Shown piece by piece: positions 18,864-28,510 of a stretch of 64,000 nucleotides of DNA (the first letter of the stretch is position 1; each line of letters begins with the position of its first letter). Under the pieces are notes generated by a model that was not told the origin of the DNA, did not search any database, and saw only the letters and a list, made by a program, of their open reading frames with translations. The stretch is from Candidatus Micrarchaeota archaeon (lineage in GTDB: Archaea; Micrarchaeota; Micrarchaeia; Anstonellales; Bilamarchaeaceae). The stretch lies in NCBI GenBank assembly GCA_016932815.1, contig JAFGCC010000017.1, forward strand, positions 3,581 through 67,580, given 5' to 3'. The position numbers were made by a program, and so were the translations under genes.

Positions 18864-20105
18864 TCACCATACTTTTGAGTAGCGCTTCCCGACTTTTTCC
18901 TCAATGCGCAGCAACCGGTTGTATTTTGCGGTCCTCTCTCCTCTTGCGGGCGCTCCGGCTTTTATCTGGGTTGCCCCAATTCCCACGCAGAAATCCGCTA
19001 TAAACGAGTCCCCGGTTTCACCGGAGCGGTGGCTCACTACGACCTGCATTCCCGCATCCATCGCCATCTGCGCGGCTTTGCGTGCCTCGGTTACGGTTCC
19101 CACCTGGTTGACCTTGAGGAGGAGTGCATTAACCGCCTTCATTTCCACGGCTTTCTCCACTCTTGCGGGGTTGGTGACCAGCAAGTCGTCTCCCACCACC
19201 TGTATTTTTCCCCCGTATCTGGAGGTGAATTCCGCGAACCCTTCAAAGTCCTCCTCAAAGAGCGGGTCTTCTATGCTAAGAATCTTGTATTTTTCCAGAA
19301 GCCCCCCATAATAATCGACTAGTTCCCCCCTCTCAAGGTAGTTCCCGTCCATGAAATATTTCTCGTCTTTCTCCCTGTAGAATGAAGATGCCGCAGCGTC
19401 CATCCCGATTCCCATCTCTTTTGAATACCCGCATTCCCCAATGGATTCGGAAATCGCATCAAGCGCTTCGGAACTTAAGCTCATGTGCGGGGCGAATCCC
19501 CCCTCGTCCCCCACGTTCCGGGAACCCTTGCCGTACTTGCGCGTAAGCCTTCCTTTTAATTCCGCATAAACCTCGCACGATGCGCGCAGGCCTTCTGAGA
19601 AGCATTCAAAGCCAAAGGGGATAATCATGAATTCCTGTATGGAGAGCCCGTTTCCCGCATGCTGGCCCCCGTTTATTATGTTGAGCATGGGAACGGGAAG
19701 CCTGTCGCCCCCCAGGAATTCAAAGAGCTCCATCTTCCGTGAATCCGCAGCCGCCTTGAGGTTCGCCATGGAAACGCCCACAATCGCATTCCCCCCAAGC
19801 TTCTCCTTGTTCTTAGTCCCATCCAATTCAATCATCTTCGCATCCACGTCTTCCTGCGGGCTTGCTTCCATCCCGTATAGCGCGGGCCCAATCGTTTTGT
19901 TTATGTTTTCAACCGCTTTCAGTACGCCCTTGCCCTTGAACCTTTCTCCCCCATCGCGGAGCTCTATGGCCTCGTGCATTCCCCTTGATGCCCCAGAAGG
20001 GCTCGAAGCCCTCCCGAAGCCGCTCTCGGTTGCAACTTCCACCTCAACTGTGGGGTTGCCCCGCGAATCAATGACCTCCCTTGCGAATACGGATTTTATT
20101 TTCAT
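18864..20105 (-). CDS. eno: enolase
   Basis: 'SHRSGETGD', 'IKAGAPARGERTAKYNRLLRIEE', N-terminal 'REVIDSRGNPTVEVEV'. Confidence 0.9.
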   Translation of the reverse strand: MKIKSVFAREVIDSRGNPTVEVEVATESGFGRASSPSGASRGMHEAIELRDGGERFKGKGVLKAVENINKTIGPALYGMEASPQEDVDAKMIELDGTKNKEKLGGNAIVGVSMANLKAAADSRKMELFEFLGGDRLPVPMLNIINGGQHAGNGLSIQEFMIIPFGFECFSEGLRASCEVYAELKGRLTRKYGKGSRNVGDEGGFAPHMSLSSEALDAISESIGECGYSKEMGIGMDAAASSFYREKDEKYFMDGNYLERGELVDYYGGLLEKYKILSIEDPLFEEDFEGFAEFTSRYGGKIQVVGDDLLVTNPARVEKAVEMKAVNALLLKVNQVGTVTEARKAAQMAMDAGMQVVVSHRSGETGDSFIADFCVGIGATQIKAGAPARGERTAKYNRLLRIEEKVGKRYSKVW

Positions 20106-20170
20106 GCTTCTTCAATTGGAAGGAAAAAATTATAACGCCCATCTCTCACAGCCGCGACCATTGAAATACA

Positions 20171-20183
20171 CGTTTAAATATCC
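20171..20183 (+). promoter_or_regulatory. TATA-like box upstream of protease gene
   Basis: 'cgtttaaatatcc' about 25 nt upstream of ATG 20204 (leaderless-type spacing). Confidence 0.4.
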
Positions 20184-20203
20184 TTGCCCACCCGTTAAAC
20201 AGC

Positions 20204-21322
20204 ATGCAGCAAAAAGCGGAACTTCTGCGCAAGCCCAAAAAGGCATCTCCCCCTAAAGCGGGGTTTAATCCCGCAAGAAGGAGATTCCTCAAGGCAGCGG
20301 CAATTGCCGCAGCAGGGCTTGCCTCTGCTGCGGGTGGAGGCTGCACCTCGCTGCCGATAATCGGGGATGCGATTAGGCGCTCAAAGACGGAAAGGATATT
20401 CTTGAGGGACCTAGGCCGCCCCCGGATGCAGGAACCTCAGCAACTCCCGGACATAACAGAAGATTGCGAGCTGCTCAGGCAAAATTACAACATGCTAACT
20501 CCAAAGGAGGCATTCCAAATAGAAAGATGGCACGAGGAATGGGTGTCCCTCACAACCTTTTTGCGCCCCCTTCCTTCCCCTCCCCGGAACGGCTTGGATG
20601 ATTTGCAGCGCATCGTATTTCCCATCTGGAGGGATGAGGCAAGGGGAAGCGGCACGCTTATCACCCCAAGGCACGTTCTCACCGCAGAGCATGTGGTTGA
20701 TGAGGGGTTTTTTGACACAATTATCCAAGTTAGCCGCCATCCGGACACCGAGCAGGGGCATGGTGAATGCGCGATTAATACTGCAAGATGGCCGGAGATG
20801 GATTTGGCGCTGCTTACGCTGCCCCCAAACTCATTTAGGATGGATAGCAGGAGGGCGCTTGCGAGGTTGCATCCTGGTGGCTCCGAACCCGGCAGCCCGG
20901 TGTATGCCCTTGGGTACCCGGGCAGGGAGCGCAAGCTCCATGGGTATGACACGTCCCTGACTAGGGTGGATTGCACAACCCTCTCATATATTGAGGAAAC
21001 TTCAACACTACTCTTGGATACTATCGGGGAACGGGTATTTCTGGAAGAAAAAGCAATCTTTCGCAAATATCGCATAAGAGGCTTCATGGCCCAGAATGGC
21101 CTAAGCGGCGGCCCGGTTGCTTCCCCAGACGGAAGGATACTTGGAGTATGCACCAATAGCAATAGGGTGGAGGTAGCTGGCTCCGAACCTGATGAGCTGC
21201 TAATTGCATCCGGAACAAGTGCAATCCGCGCATTGGTTGTGGATTACCTGATAGAAAATGTTGCAGTGCCAATCATCGAGACTGCGCAGGCAATCCGGGA
21301 TAGGCTCTCCAAAACAGGATAA
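20204..21322 (+). CDS. secreted trypsin-like serine protease with twin-arginine signal
   Basis: 'RRRFLKAAAIAAAGLASAAGGGC' Tat motif plus possible lipobox Cys; 'TLITPRHVLTAEHVV' His region, 'GLSGGPV' Ser region. Confidence 0.7.
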   Translation: MQQKAELLRKPKKASPPKAGFNPARRRFLKAAAIAAAGLASAAGGGCTSLPIIGDAIRRSKTERIFLRDLGRPRMQEPQQLPDITEDCELLRQNYNMLTPKEAFQIERWHEEWVSLTTFLRPLPSPPRNGLDDLQRIVFPIWRDEARGSGTLITPRHVLTAEHVVDEGFFDTIIQVSRHPDTEQGHGECAINTARWPEMDLALLTLPPNSFRMDSRRALARLHPGGSEPGSPVYALGYPGRERKLHGYDTSLTRVDCTTLSYIEETSTLLLDTIGERVFLEEKAIFRKYRIRGFMAQNGLSGGPVASPDGRILGVCTNSNRVEVAGSEPDELLIASGTSAIRALVVDYLIENVAVPIIETAQAIRDRLSKTG

Positions 21323-21367
21323 TCCGGGATGTTCGGCAAGACCAAACGCTTGGGCAGCAGCCGGTTT

Positions 21368-22495
21368 CTAGCTGCGGGCACCCCAATTCCCAATTAGTTC
21401 CGCATAAACCCTCCCGCAGTTTAGGAGGCTGGACTTTTCCACGTATTCATCCGCAGAATGGTAGTTGCGCCCAATTGGTCCGTAGCTTGCAACGGGAAAC
21501 AGCTGCCCGAAAACGTTATCATCCGCAACCGATTTCCCCACGCAATAGGATGAAGTTCCCACTACTAATTCAACAGCCTGCTTCAATGCCCCAACCCCCG
21601 CATTCTCCGGAGGAGTATAGTGGGGCATATTGTAGGGAAGCCCGCGGTCAAAGATGGAAACGCTGCAATCCCGGTAGCGCGAGCGCAGGAAGGATTCAAG
21701 CCCACCTCTCATGCTCTCCGCGTTCTCCCCGGAAACAAGGTGCGCGTCAATTTGGAACCACGCATTCTCAGGAAGCGAAAGAGAGGTGTTCGCACCCGAA
21801 ATCTCGCGCACGAACATAGAGCCATCCCCCAGGGGCGTGCCCCTTTTAAGCGGGAATTCCCTCAACGCGAGAACAAGCTCGGACGCTTTTTCTATTGCGC
21901 TAATTCCCTGCTCCACGTGCGCACCGTGCGAGGAAATTCCGCGCACGTCCACGCGATATACCGCCCTGCCCCTTCTTCCAAGCATTATGCTTCCCTCTTG
22001 CTCCCCATGCTCAATTGGCTCAGCGGAAACCATGAACCTTATCCCCCCGAATAATTCCGGGCGGGATGAAAGAAGGTATGCCCCCGCAGAATCATTCTCC
22101 TCATCGGATGTGAGCACAACGCACACGGGTTCAGCAGTAGCTTCGATTGCGGAGAGGAATGCCGCAATCCCGCCTTTCATGTCCGATGCCCCAAGCCCGT
22201 AGAGCTTCCCATCCCTTTCGGTTAGTTCGTGCGGGTTGGAAGACCACTCCCCGTATGCGGGAACGGTATCCAGGTGCCCGAAGAATGCAAGCGAAGGGTT
22301 CTCCCCCCTGCGAGCCACTATATTCGGCCTTCCGCCCTCAAGCTCCACAACCGAAACCTCAAAGCCCAGCCTCCTCAAATGCCCTATGCAGTATTCACCC
22401 ATCGCAGATTCATTTGGGAATTCCGAAGGGATTGCGACCATGTTCCCCAGGTGTTCAATAGCATCCATGTGCAAATCACCTAAACTGCACGACAT
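21368..22495 (-). CDS. M20-family metallopeptidase (ArgE/DapE-like)
   Basis: 'FFGHLDTVP', 'SDMKGG', 'EENDSAG' motifs; true start may be the second Met (22468). Confidence 0.75.
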   Translation of the reverse strand: MSCSLGDLHMDAIEHLGNMVAIPSEFPNESAMGEYCIGHLRRLGFEVSVVELEGGRPNIVARRGENPSLAFFGHLDTVPAYGEWSSNPHELTERDGKLYGLGASDMKGGIAAFLSAIEATAEPVCVVLTSDEENDSAGAYLLSSRPELFGGIRFMVSAEPIEHGEQEGSIMLGRRGRAVYRVDVRGISSHGAHVEQGISAIEKASELVLALREFPLKRGTPLGDGSMFVREISGANTSLSLPENAWFQIDAHLVSGENAESMRGGLESFLRSRYRDCSVSIFDRGLPYNMPHYTPPENAGVGALKQAVELVVGTSSYCVGKSVADDNVFGQLFPVASYGPIGRNYHSADEYVEKSSLLNCGRVYAELIGNWGARS

Positions 22496-23525
22496 TCAGG
22501 TTTTCAAAATCTCCCTGCTCAGCAGACATCCGCTCGGATTCTAGCACGCAGTGCTTGTTTAAGCATCCCGCAATCTCCCCTCCCGCCTGTAAAAACGTGC
22601 GCGTGGGAGCCGGGTGCGCCGCACGCGCTTCCGCATACGCAATAACCCCAAGCCTTCCCAAATCCGCATCCACGTTTTCCAAGAATATGCGCGCCATTAT
22701 GCTGCATAGGTTCTTGCCCCGGTGCTCCGGGCTGGTTGCGGCTTCGCTCAATTCTATTAGGTGCACGGTTCCCGCACCTTCAACCTCTATTGCAACGTGC
22801 TCTGCTGCAAGTGCCGAAACCACCTTCCCGCTGGAACTGGACGTTGCAACCAGCACGGGCGTGCTCTCCACCATGCGTGCCACGTTCTCCTCATTTAGGC
22901 TGATTAAATACTGTGTAAATACCGAGTATAGCTCTACTAACGAAGGAACGTCCCCCATCTGTGCGCTGCGTATTGCGTAATCCCCGTTTTCCACAGGCGC
23001 ATGAAGCCCGGTTTCCGCAATCCTCCGCAAGCCCTGCTCGTGCAGGAGCACATCCTTTGGGCTAATGCGAGAAGGCTCGTTCATCGCAAGGTAGACCATC
23101 ATCATTTCGCCCGCTTCGCAGGCAAATGGGAGCACCCCCTCAACCACGTTCACATACCCATTGGCCGTTCCGCTGAAATTGCGGATAAAGGATGCAAGCT
23201 CCCTTCCTTCGCCGGATTGCTCAAGGCTCCCAAATGATGGGAGGAAAAATCGCAAGGTTGCCCTGTCCGCGCCGTTCTCCCTTGCCATCTCGCGCGCACT
23301 ATCTAATATGCCGACTAGTTCCCGCGTGCGGGTAATGAGCCTTGGGATTATCCCCTTAACCCTGCCATTGGCAGAATCCAGCCGGATTCCCGCCGCCCCT
23401 ATTGAAGGGGAGGAATTGCCTTCATGCTGCCTCCGAAATACCGCGGCGCGCCTCTGTGCGCTTGCAGGATTGCCCTCCCCGCGAATTCCAGTATTAATAT
23501 GCCTGAGGTTTCTCATTTGAATCAA
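22476..23525 (-). CDS. hypothetical protein (possible acyl-CoA N-acyltransferase-like C-terminus)
   Basis: 349-aa ORF; no firm motif. Confidence 0.4.
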   Translation of the reverse strand: MIQMRNLRHINTGIRGEGNPASAQRRAAVFRRQHEGNSSPSIGAAGIRLDSANGRVKGIIPRLITRTRELVGILDSAREMARENGADRATLRFFLPSFGSLEQSGEGRELASFIRNFSGTANGYVNVVEGVLPFACEAGEMMMVYLAMNEPSRISPKDVLLHEQGLRRIAETGLHAPVENGDYAIRSAQMGDVPSLVELYSVFTQYLISLNEENVARMVESTPVLVATSSSSGKVVSALAAEHVAIEVEGAGTVHLIELSEAATSPEHRGKNLCSIMARIFLENVDADLGRLGVIAYAEARAAHPAPTRTFLQAGGEIAGCLNKHCVLESERMSAEQGDFENLNVVQFR

Positions 23526-23591
23526 CGTATGGTTTAAAATCCTAATCGTATTATAAATAAACTAACAAAATCTAACAAAAACACGCAAGAG

Positions 23592-24245
23592 ATGTTAAAT
23601 ATGAGTATTTCCAAGACGGTAGAGGAGCTCGTAAACGAGCAGCCGCTGCTCCTATGGAGCATAGAAGCGGGAATAGCCAACTATTCGGCTGCCGCAGAAT
23701 ACCTCAAGCCTTCTGTGGAGAGGCGCACCGGGAAGAAGGTAAGCACCGAGAGCATCCTGATGGGCCTGCGCAGGATAAATCTAGTGCACGCAAGGGATGC
23801 GGGAGTGGAACTGCGCGAAATCCTCCAAAAATGCAAGTACAGCATAGAAAACAATTTCACGGACCTCGTGCTCGATTATGCCCTAGAAGACATCCCCCGG
23901 TTATCCGGGCTCCTAGAAGGCTTGGAGAGCGGGGAGAACGTTTCCATCATAACCGGGTTCAAGTACGCATCCGTGGTTACCGATTCCCCGGAGCTAATAA
24001 AACGCATTGAGGCTTCCGGAATACGGGTTGTGGGGAAAACCCAGGAGCTTGCAATATTCCGGATAAAGCTCCCAAGGGGCGCCCTGAAAGCTCCGGGCGT
24101 AATCTCGCTTTTTACTTCCGAATTCGCAAAGAAGGGCGTCAACATAATAGAGCTCGAATCCTCCTACCTTGAAATCGGCTACGTAATAAGCGAGAAGGAA
24201 ATAGGAAAAGCCCTTGAAGCCTTCAATTCGCTAAGGATTCGGTAA
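23592..24245 (+). CDS. hypothetical protein (possible ACT-like regulatory fold)
   Basis: 217-aa ORF with TATA-like 'tattataaataaa' upstream; weak resemblance only. Confidence 0.4.
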   Translation: MLNMSISKTVEELVNEQPLLLWSIEAGIANYSAAAEYLKPSVERRTGKKVSTESILMGLRRINLVHARDAGVELREILQKCKYSIENNFTDLVLDYALEDIPRLSGLLEGLESGENVSIITGFKYASVVTDSPELIKRIEASGIRVVGKTQELAIFRIKLPRGALKAPGVISLFTSEFAKKGVNIIELESSYLEIGYVISEKEIGKALEAFNSLRIR

Positions 24246-24338
24246 TTCCCCCTCAAAAGCGTCCAGTTCCCTAAGGGGGCAGGGAGAATGGCCGCAGTGC
24301 CCCCCTATTTTATCCTTTTAGGTTCCCCAACCTAACCA

Positions 24339-25517
24339 ATGAAGGCAGAGATTTCATCGGAAATCCAGCTTGCGCACCTATTGCACAATATGGGCATCCC
24401 AGCCGAAGCCGTATTGGTACTGCTGGATGGGAATCTGGTTCCCGAAACCGCAATTGCGAAAAAGGGGCAGGAAGCCGAAATCCTTTTCTACAAGCACGTC
24501 CCCCCGCTCCTTAGCCCGCAGGAGCCCTCCGGCCACTGGAAGAATGCGAAGCCATCTGTGCATTGCACGCACAAATCCCAATCCCCTTCCAAAACGGGAG
24601 GCAAAAAAGGCGCATCCCCCGCCTGCCCATCCGTTCCAGTAATCTACCTTCCATACGCAAAGGAGCATTTATGCAAAAAGCATTTCTGCGGACTATTCGA
24701 AAAAAGGGTAAAGCGCACAATCCGCAACTACTCCATGCTCAATGCGGGCGAAAAAGTGGGAATAGCGCTTTCGGGAGGAAAGGATTCGTTTGCCCTCCTC
24801 CACGCATTAAACGCGGTGCGAAAATCCCTCCCGTTTGAACTAACCGCACTCACAATAGACGAGGGAATCCCAGGCTACCGCGATGCGGCAATAGAGAACG
24901 CATCCAGAAGGTGCAGGGAGCTGGATATTGAGCAGCACGTTTTCTCGTTCAAGGAAGAATACGGGACCACGATTTCGGAAATAGGGAAAAAGGGAAAGGA
25001 AAACCTCTGCTCCTACTGCGGGGTTTTGCGCAGGAAAATCCTCAACATAAAAGCAAGGGAACTAGGAATAGGCAAGATTGCAACCGGCCACAATTTAGAC
25101 GATGTTGCGCAGACTGCCTTCCTAAACCTAATCCGCAACGAGCCCTTGCGCTTTGCAAGGTTCAACGAGCCAATCTCAAGCAGCGACAAGTTCGTGCAGA
25201 GGATTCGCCCCCTGCGCGAAATCCGCGAAAAGGAGGTTGCAGCATACGCCCTCCTCAACGGCCACAGCTACAATTCCGGCTGCTGCTGCCCGAATGCGAG
25301 AAACGCGCTCCGCTGGTCTGTGCGCCACAGCCTCAATTCGTTGGAGGATTCGTATCCGGGCACAAAGAGCAAGGTCGCTTCCAGCTTCAATTCCCTCCAG
25401 AAAATAGTGAGGGATTCTCTAAGGGGGAAAAGCGGGGAGCTGCTATTTTGCAAAGAATGCGGCGAGCCATCCTCAACTGAATTGTGCATGGCGTGCAGGA
25501 TGCTAGGCGGGCTCTAG
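24339..25517 (+). CDS. TtcA/NcsA/TtuA-family tRNA thiolation PP-loop ATPase with N-terminal ThiS/MoaD-like extension
   Basis: PP-loop 'ALSGGKDSFALL', N-terminal 'CKKHFC' and C-terminal 'CKECGEP...CMAC' Zn-finger cysteines; residues about 1-60 'IQLAHLLHNMGIPAEAVLVLLDGNLVPETAIAKKGQEAEILFYKHV' resemble ThiS beta-grasp. Confidence 0.7.
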   Translation: MKAEISSEIQLAHLLHNMGIPAEAVLVLLDGNLVPETAIAKKGQEAEILFYKHVPPLLSPQEPSGHWKNAKPSVHCTHKSQSPSKTGGKKGASPACPSVPVIYLPYAKEHLCKKHFCGLFEKRVKRTIRNYSMLNAGEKVGIALSGGKDSFALLHALNAVRKSLPFELTALTIDEGIPGYRDAAIENASRRCRELDIEQHVFSFKEEYGTTISEIGKKGKENLCSYCGVLRRKILNIKARELGIGKIATGHNLDDVAQTAFLNLIRNEPLRFARFNEPISSSDKFVQRIRPLREIREKEVAAYALLNGHSYNSGCCCPNARNALRWSVRHSLNSLEDSYPGTKSKVASSFNSLQKIVRDSLRGKSGELLFCKECGEPSSTELCMACRMLGGL

Positions 25518-25524
25518 CCCAGCA

Positions 25525-26775
25525 TCATTTGCCCTCAACCGCGCGGGTGCACACTTCCAGGTACCTGCTTATTACCCTGGGCCAGCTTAATTCATCCCTT
25601 ATCCTCTGGCGGACGTGCTCCGGTACGGATTCTTTATCCCTTATCGCCCGCTCCGCGCGTTCCGCAATCGCATAAGGGTCGCCGAACCCGTTAACGTATT
25701 CTCCAATCCCAAAATCAAGGAAAACCTCGCTAACTCCCATAGACGGGCTTATTAGCGCAGGGGTTCCGGAACTTACCGCTTCAAGCGGCACGTTCCCAAA
25801 AGTCTCAAAATGCGATGGGCTTATGACAATGCTGGCAGAGCGGTAGAACTCCGCCAATTCCGGCGTGCCCAATGGTTCTATAATGGCCCCGCCCCGCCCC
25901 CTAAGCTCCCTTATTAGCCCGTCTGCGGGGTCGTCAATCCGCGTTACCATGTGGATGCGGTGCCGGCTTCCCCGCTCTTTTAGGGCATCGGCCAGCTTAA
26001 GGAGGAAGTCCGGGTTCTTTACCGGGGTGTTCCTGCCCACAAACGCTATGGGCACGGTTTTCTCCGAAGGGCCCTTTGCAGCAAGGAATTCCGCAGGCAC
26101 TCCATTGTATATCACTTCGCTATCGGGGATTTCCCTCCCGAAAATGGACCGTGCAGTATCCCGGGCGAGTTTTGAGGGGAAGATATAGGATATCCCAGGG
26201 TCGTAGAAATCCTGTTCCATGAGCCTGAGGACAGACTGGATTTTTTCCGGGAGGTGCTTTATCTCCATGCTCAGGACGCCCGCATAGCTGAGCACTGTGG
26301 GCTTATTGTGCATTCGCGCCGCCTGGAGCAATGCCCAGGGAACAAAATAGGTTCCCCCCAGCATGACAACATCCGCATCTTTAACTATCTTTGCCATCTC
26401 CATTACCATGGGCTCAAAGCGGGATTTCACTTCATCTAGGCTTTCTACTTCCATGTAAATGTCATTGGGATTCCGCGTCTTGAGGGTTTCTAGGAGGGGC
26501 AAGGTATGCCTGGTCATCCTGCCATCTATGGACATTCCCCTTGCACTAGGGTGCGTATCAATTATGGTAAGGCGTTTTTCCCAGGAGAGGCACCTGGCCA
26601 TCTCCCTGGTCTGCCGGAGTATGCCCCCAACAAACTTGCCCCTGCCGGCTCTTTTTGCAAACTGGTTGGCTGAAGGATTAGTGTTTCCGACTATGTGCAG
26701 TTTCTTTGCCATGGGGCTGGCCATGTTTAACCAACTATCCTTTCTCACAGGCAGGGCATGCTTTAGTGCGGGCAT
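25525..26775 (-). CDS. GT4-family glycosyltransferase
   Basis: 'SHFETFGNVPLEAVSSGTPALI' motif. Confidence 0.75.
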   Translation of the reverse strand: MPALKHALPVRKDSWLNMASPMAKKLHIVGNTNPSANQFAKRAGRGKFVGGILRQTREMARCLSWEKRLTIIDTHPSARGMSIDGRMTRHTLPLLETLKTRNPNDIYMEVESLDEVKSRFEPMVMEMAKIVKDADVVMLGGTYFVPWALLQAARMHNKPTVLSYAGVLSMEIKHLPEKIQSVLRLMEQDFYDPGISYIFPSKLARDTARSIFGREIPDSEVIYNGVPAEFLAAKGPSEKTVPIAFVGRNTPVKNPDFLLKLADALKERGSRHRIHMVTRIDDPADGLIRELRGRGGAIIEPLGTPELAEFYRSASIVISPSHFETFGNVPLEAVSSGTPALISPSMGVSEVFLDFGIGEYVNGFGDPYAIAERAERAIRDKESVPEHVRQRIRDELSWPRVISRYLEVCTRAVEGK

Positions 26776-26924
26776 GGCCCGGGCCGTATTTGTTTTAATT
26801 GCAGAGGGTATTTAACCGTGAGGTGCCTCCCGCATGGCATCTCCCGGCAGGCAGGCGCGCTAAAAACCCTCCTTTGCGCAGGCTCCCAGATAGCATTAAT
26901 TACGTTTCCCGCCCATTTCCCCCC

Positions 26925-28508
26925 ATGGATTCCGTAGCCTACCCAAAGCTCGATTTTGCATGGAAGCAAACGTGCAAAGTGCTTTTCGGAGAAGAGCTTG
27001 GGGAACTAAGGGACTATGAAAAATGGCTCCTTTCCAACGTGGCATCGCCCAGGGAGGAACAATCCTCGCTCTCAGGCAGGAACGTGTATCTGGGAACGCA
27101 TGACTACTGCAAGGGCAGGTTCATCGGGTTGGGGGAAGCGGATTTCAACAAGAAATACGGGCCTCTCTCCATAAACGAAATCAAGGACATAGATTCAATC
27201 GTTTCCGCAATAAGCGAGCGCGCATTTTATGCAGGCAACATAGTGCTCGGAAACTCCAAGTTCATAGAAGGATGCGCAAACGTATTCGAGTGCCATTACG
27301 TATATGGCTCCAACAACGTAGACCACGCAAAAAACGTTGCGTATTCCTCGAATGTGAAGGAAGCCGAAAACCTGTTTGGGTGCAACACAATCGGGGAAAC
27401 GAAATTCGGGATAAAAAACTACGAAACATATAAGATAACCCGCTCGTTCGAACTCTGGAAATCATCCAACACAAGCGGCGCGTATTTCGTTTTCGGCCTG
27501 GATGGATGCTCGGACTGCATGTTCTCTTTCAATCTGCAGAACGCCTCCTACTGCATAGGCAACCTGCACCTTGGAAAGGAAAAATACGATTCCATAAAGA
27601 AAAAGCTTCTCTCCGAAATATCAGGAGAATTGAAAAAGAAGAAAACCTTCCCCTCGTTCCTGGATTTGGCAAAAGAGAGCATCCAGGATTCGGATTCACC
27701 AATCCCCGCATTCTCCCTTCCCCCCGCAAGGGAAGAGGAGACCGACAAGGAGGCAATAGAGGACGCATTCCGGAAAACAACGAAAATAGTGCTGGGCCGC
27801 GAACTCTCCAACATGGATTCGTATGCGGATTATTTCCTTTTGCACACCTGGAAAATGGACAAGGAGAACTCCTGCGTTTCCGGCAGGAAGCTATGGGTTA
27901 CGCACTATGCATCATTGGAGAGCGTTCCCAGAAACCGCCTCCTAAAGTGGGATGAGTCTTTTGAAATCGGCAGGAGGGTAAAGCTCGAAGAGGGCGAACT
28001 GGATTCCGTTTCCTCAATAGGGAAAAACCTCCACAAAATCGCCTTTTTCTGCCCGGAGCTGGAAGCGGGCGAGAACAAGAACAACATAGACACGCCCGTG
28101 CATGGAAAAAGCGTGAATTCGTACCGCAGCTCGCTTACCGGGCTTGGGAAGAACTACGTTTTCTCTTCATGGGCAAGAAGGTGCAACAACGTAATCGGGT
28201 GCACCCTCCCCTACCTCTCCGATTTCGCAATCAACACCTACTACTCCTCGCGCATCACGCGCGGGTTTGAGGTGGATGGCTCCAGAGACTGCATGGACCT
28301 CTACTTTTCGCACAACTGCGAAGCATTGCAGGAGGGGATGTTCTGCTTCAACGTGAAAAACCTTAGGAGGGCAATAGGGAACGCACAGTATTCTCAGAAT
28401 GAATACAAGAAGTTCAAGGGCGCAATCCTGGAGCAGGCCGCAGATGAACTAGAGAGAACCAAATCCCTAAAATGGGATATCTACAATATTGGATGCGCGG
28501 GAAAATAG
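26925..28508 (+). CDS. Cys-rich hypothetical protein with internally repetitive Cys/Asn-rich segments
   Basis: Track start 26799 is TTG; ATG at 26925; repeated motifs 'GCANVFECHYVYGSNNV', 'FGCNTIGETKFG', 'GCSDCMFSFNLQNASYCIGN', 'RRCNNVIGCTLPY', 'HNCEALQEGMFCFNVKN'. Confidence 0.5.
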   Translation: MDSVAYPKLDFAWKQTCKVLFGEELGELRDYEKWLLSNVASPREEQSSLSGRNVYLGTHDYCKGRFIGLGEADFNKKYGPLSINEIKDIDSIVSAISERAFYAGNIVLGNSKFIEGCANVFECHYVYGSNNVDHAKNVAYSSNVKEAENLFGCNTIGETKFGIKNYETYKITRSFELWKSSNTSGAYFVFGLDGCSDCMFSFNLQNASYCIGNLHLGKEKYDSIKKKLLSEISGELKKKKTFPSFLDLAKESIQDSDSPIPAFSLPPAREEETDKEAIEDAFRKTTKIVLGRELSNMDSYADYFLLHTWKMDKENSCVSGRKLWVTHYASLESVPRNRLLKWDESFEIGRRVKLEEGELDSVSSIGKNLHKIAFFCPELEAGENKNNIDTPVHGKSVNSYRSSLTGLGKNYVFSSWARRCNNVIGCTLPYLSDFAINTYYSSRITRGFEVDGSRDCMDLYFSHNCEALQEGMFCFNVKNLRRAIGNAQYSQNEYKKFKGAILEQAADELERTKSLKWDIYNIGCAGK

Positions 28509-28510
28509 AT

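Noticed and set aside
20485-21162. 225-aa minus-strand ORF antisense to the protease gene
   Set aside because: Shadow ORF. The plus strand carries Tat signal and protease motifs.
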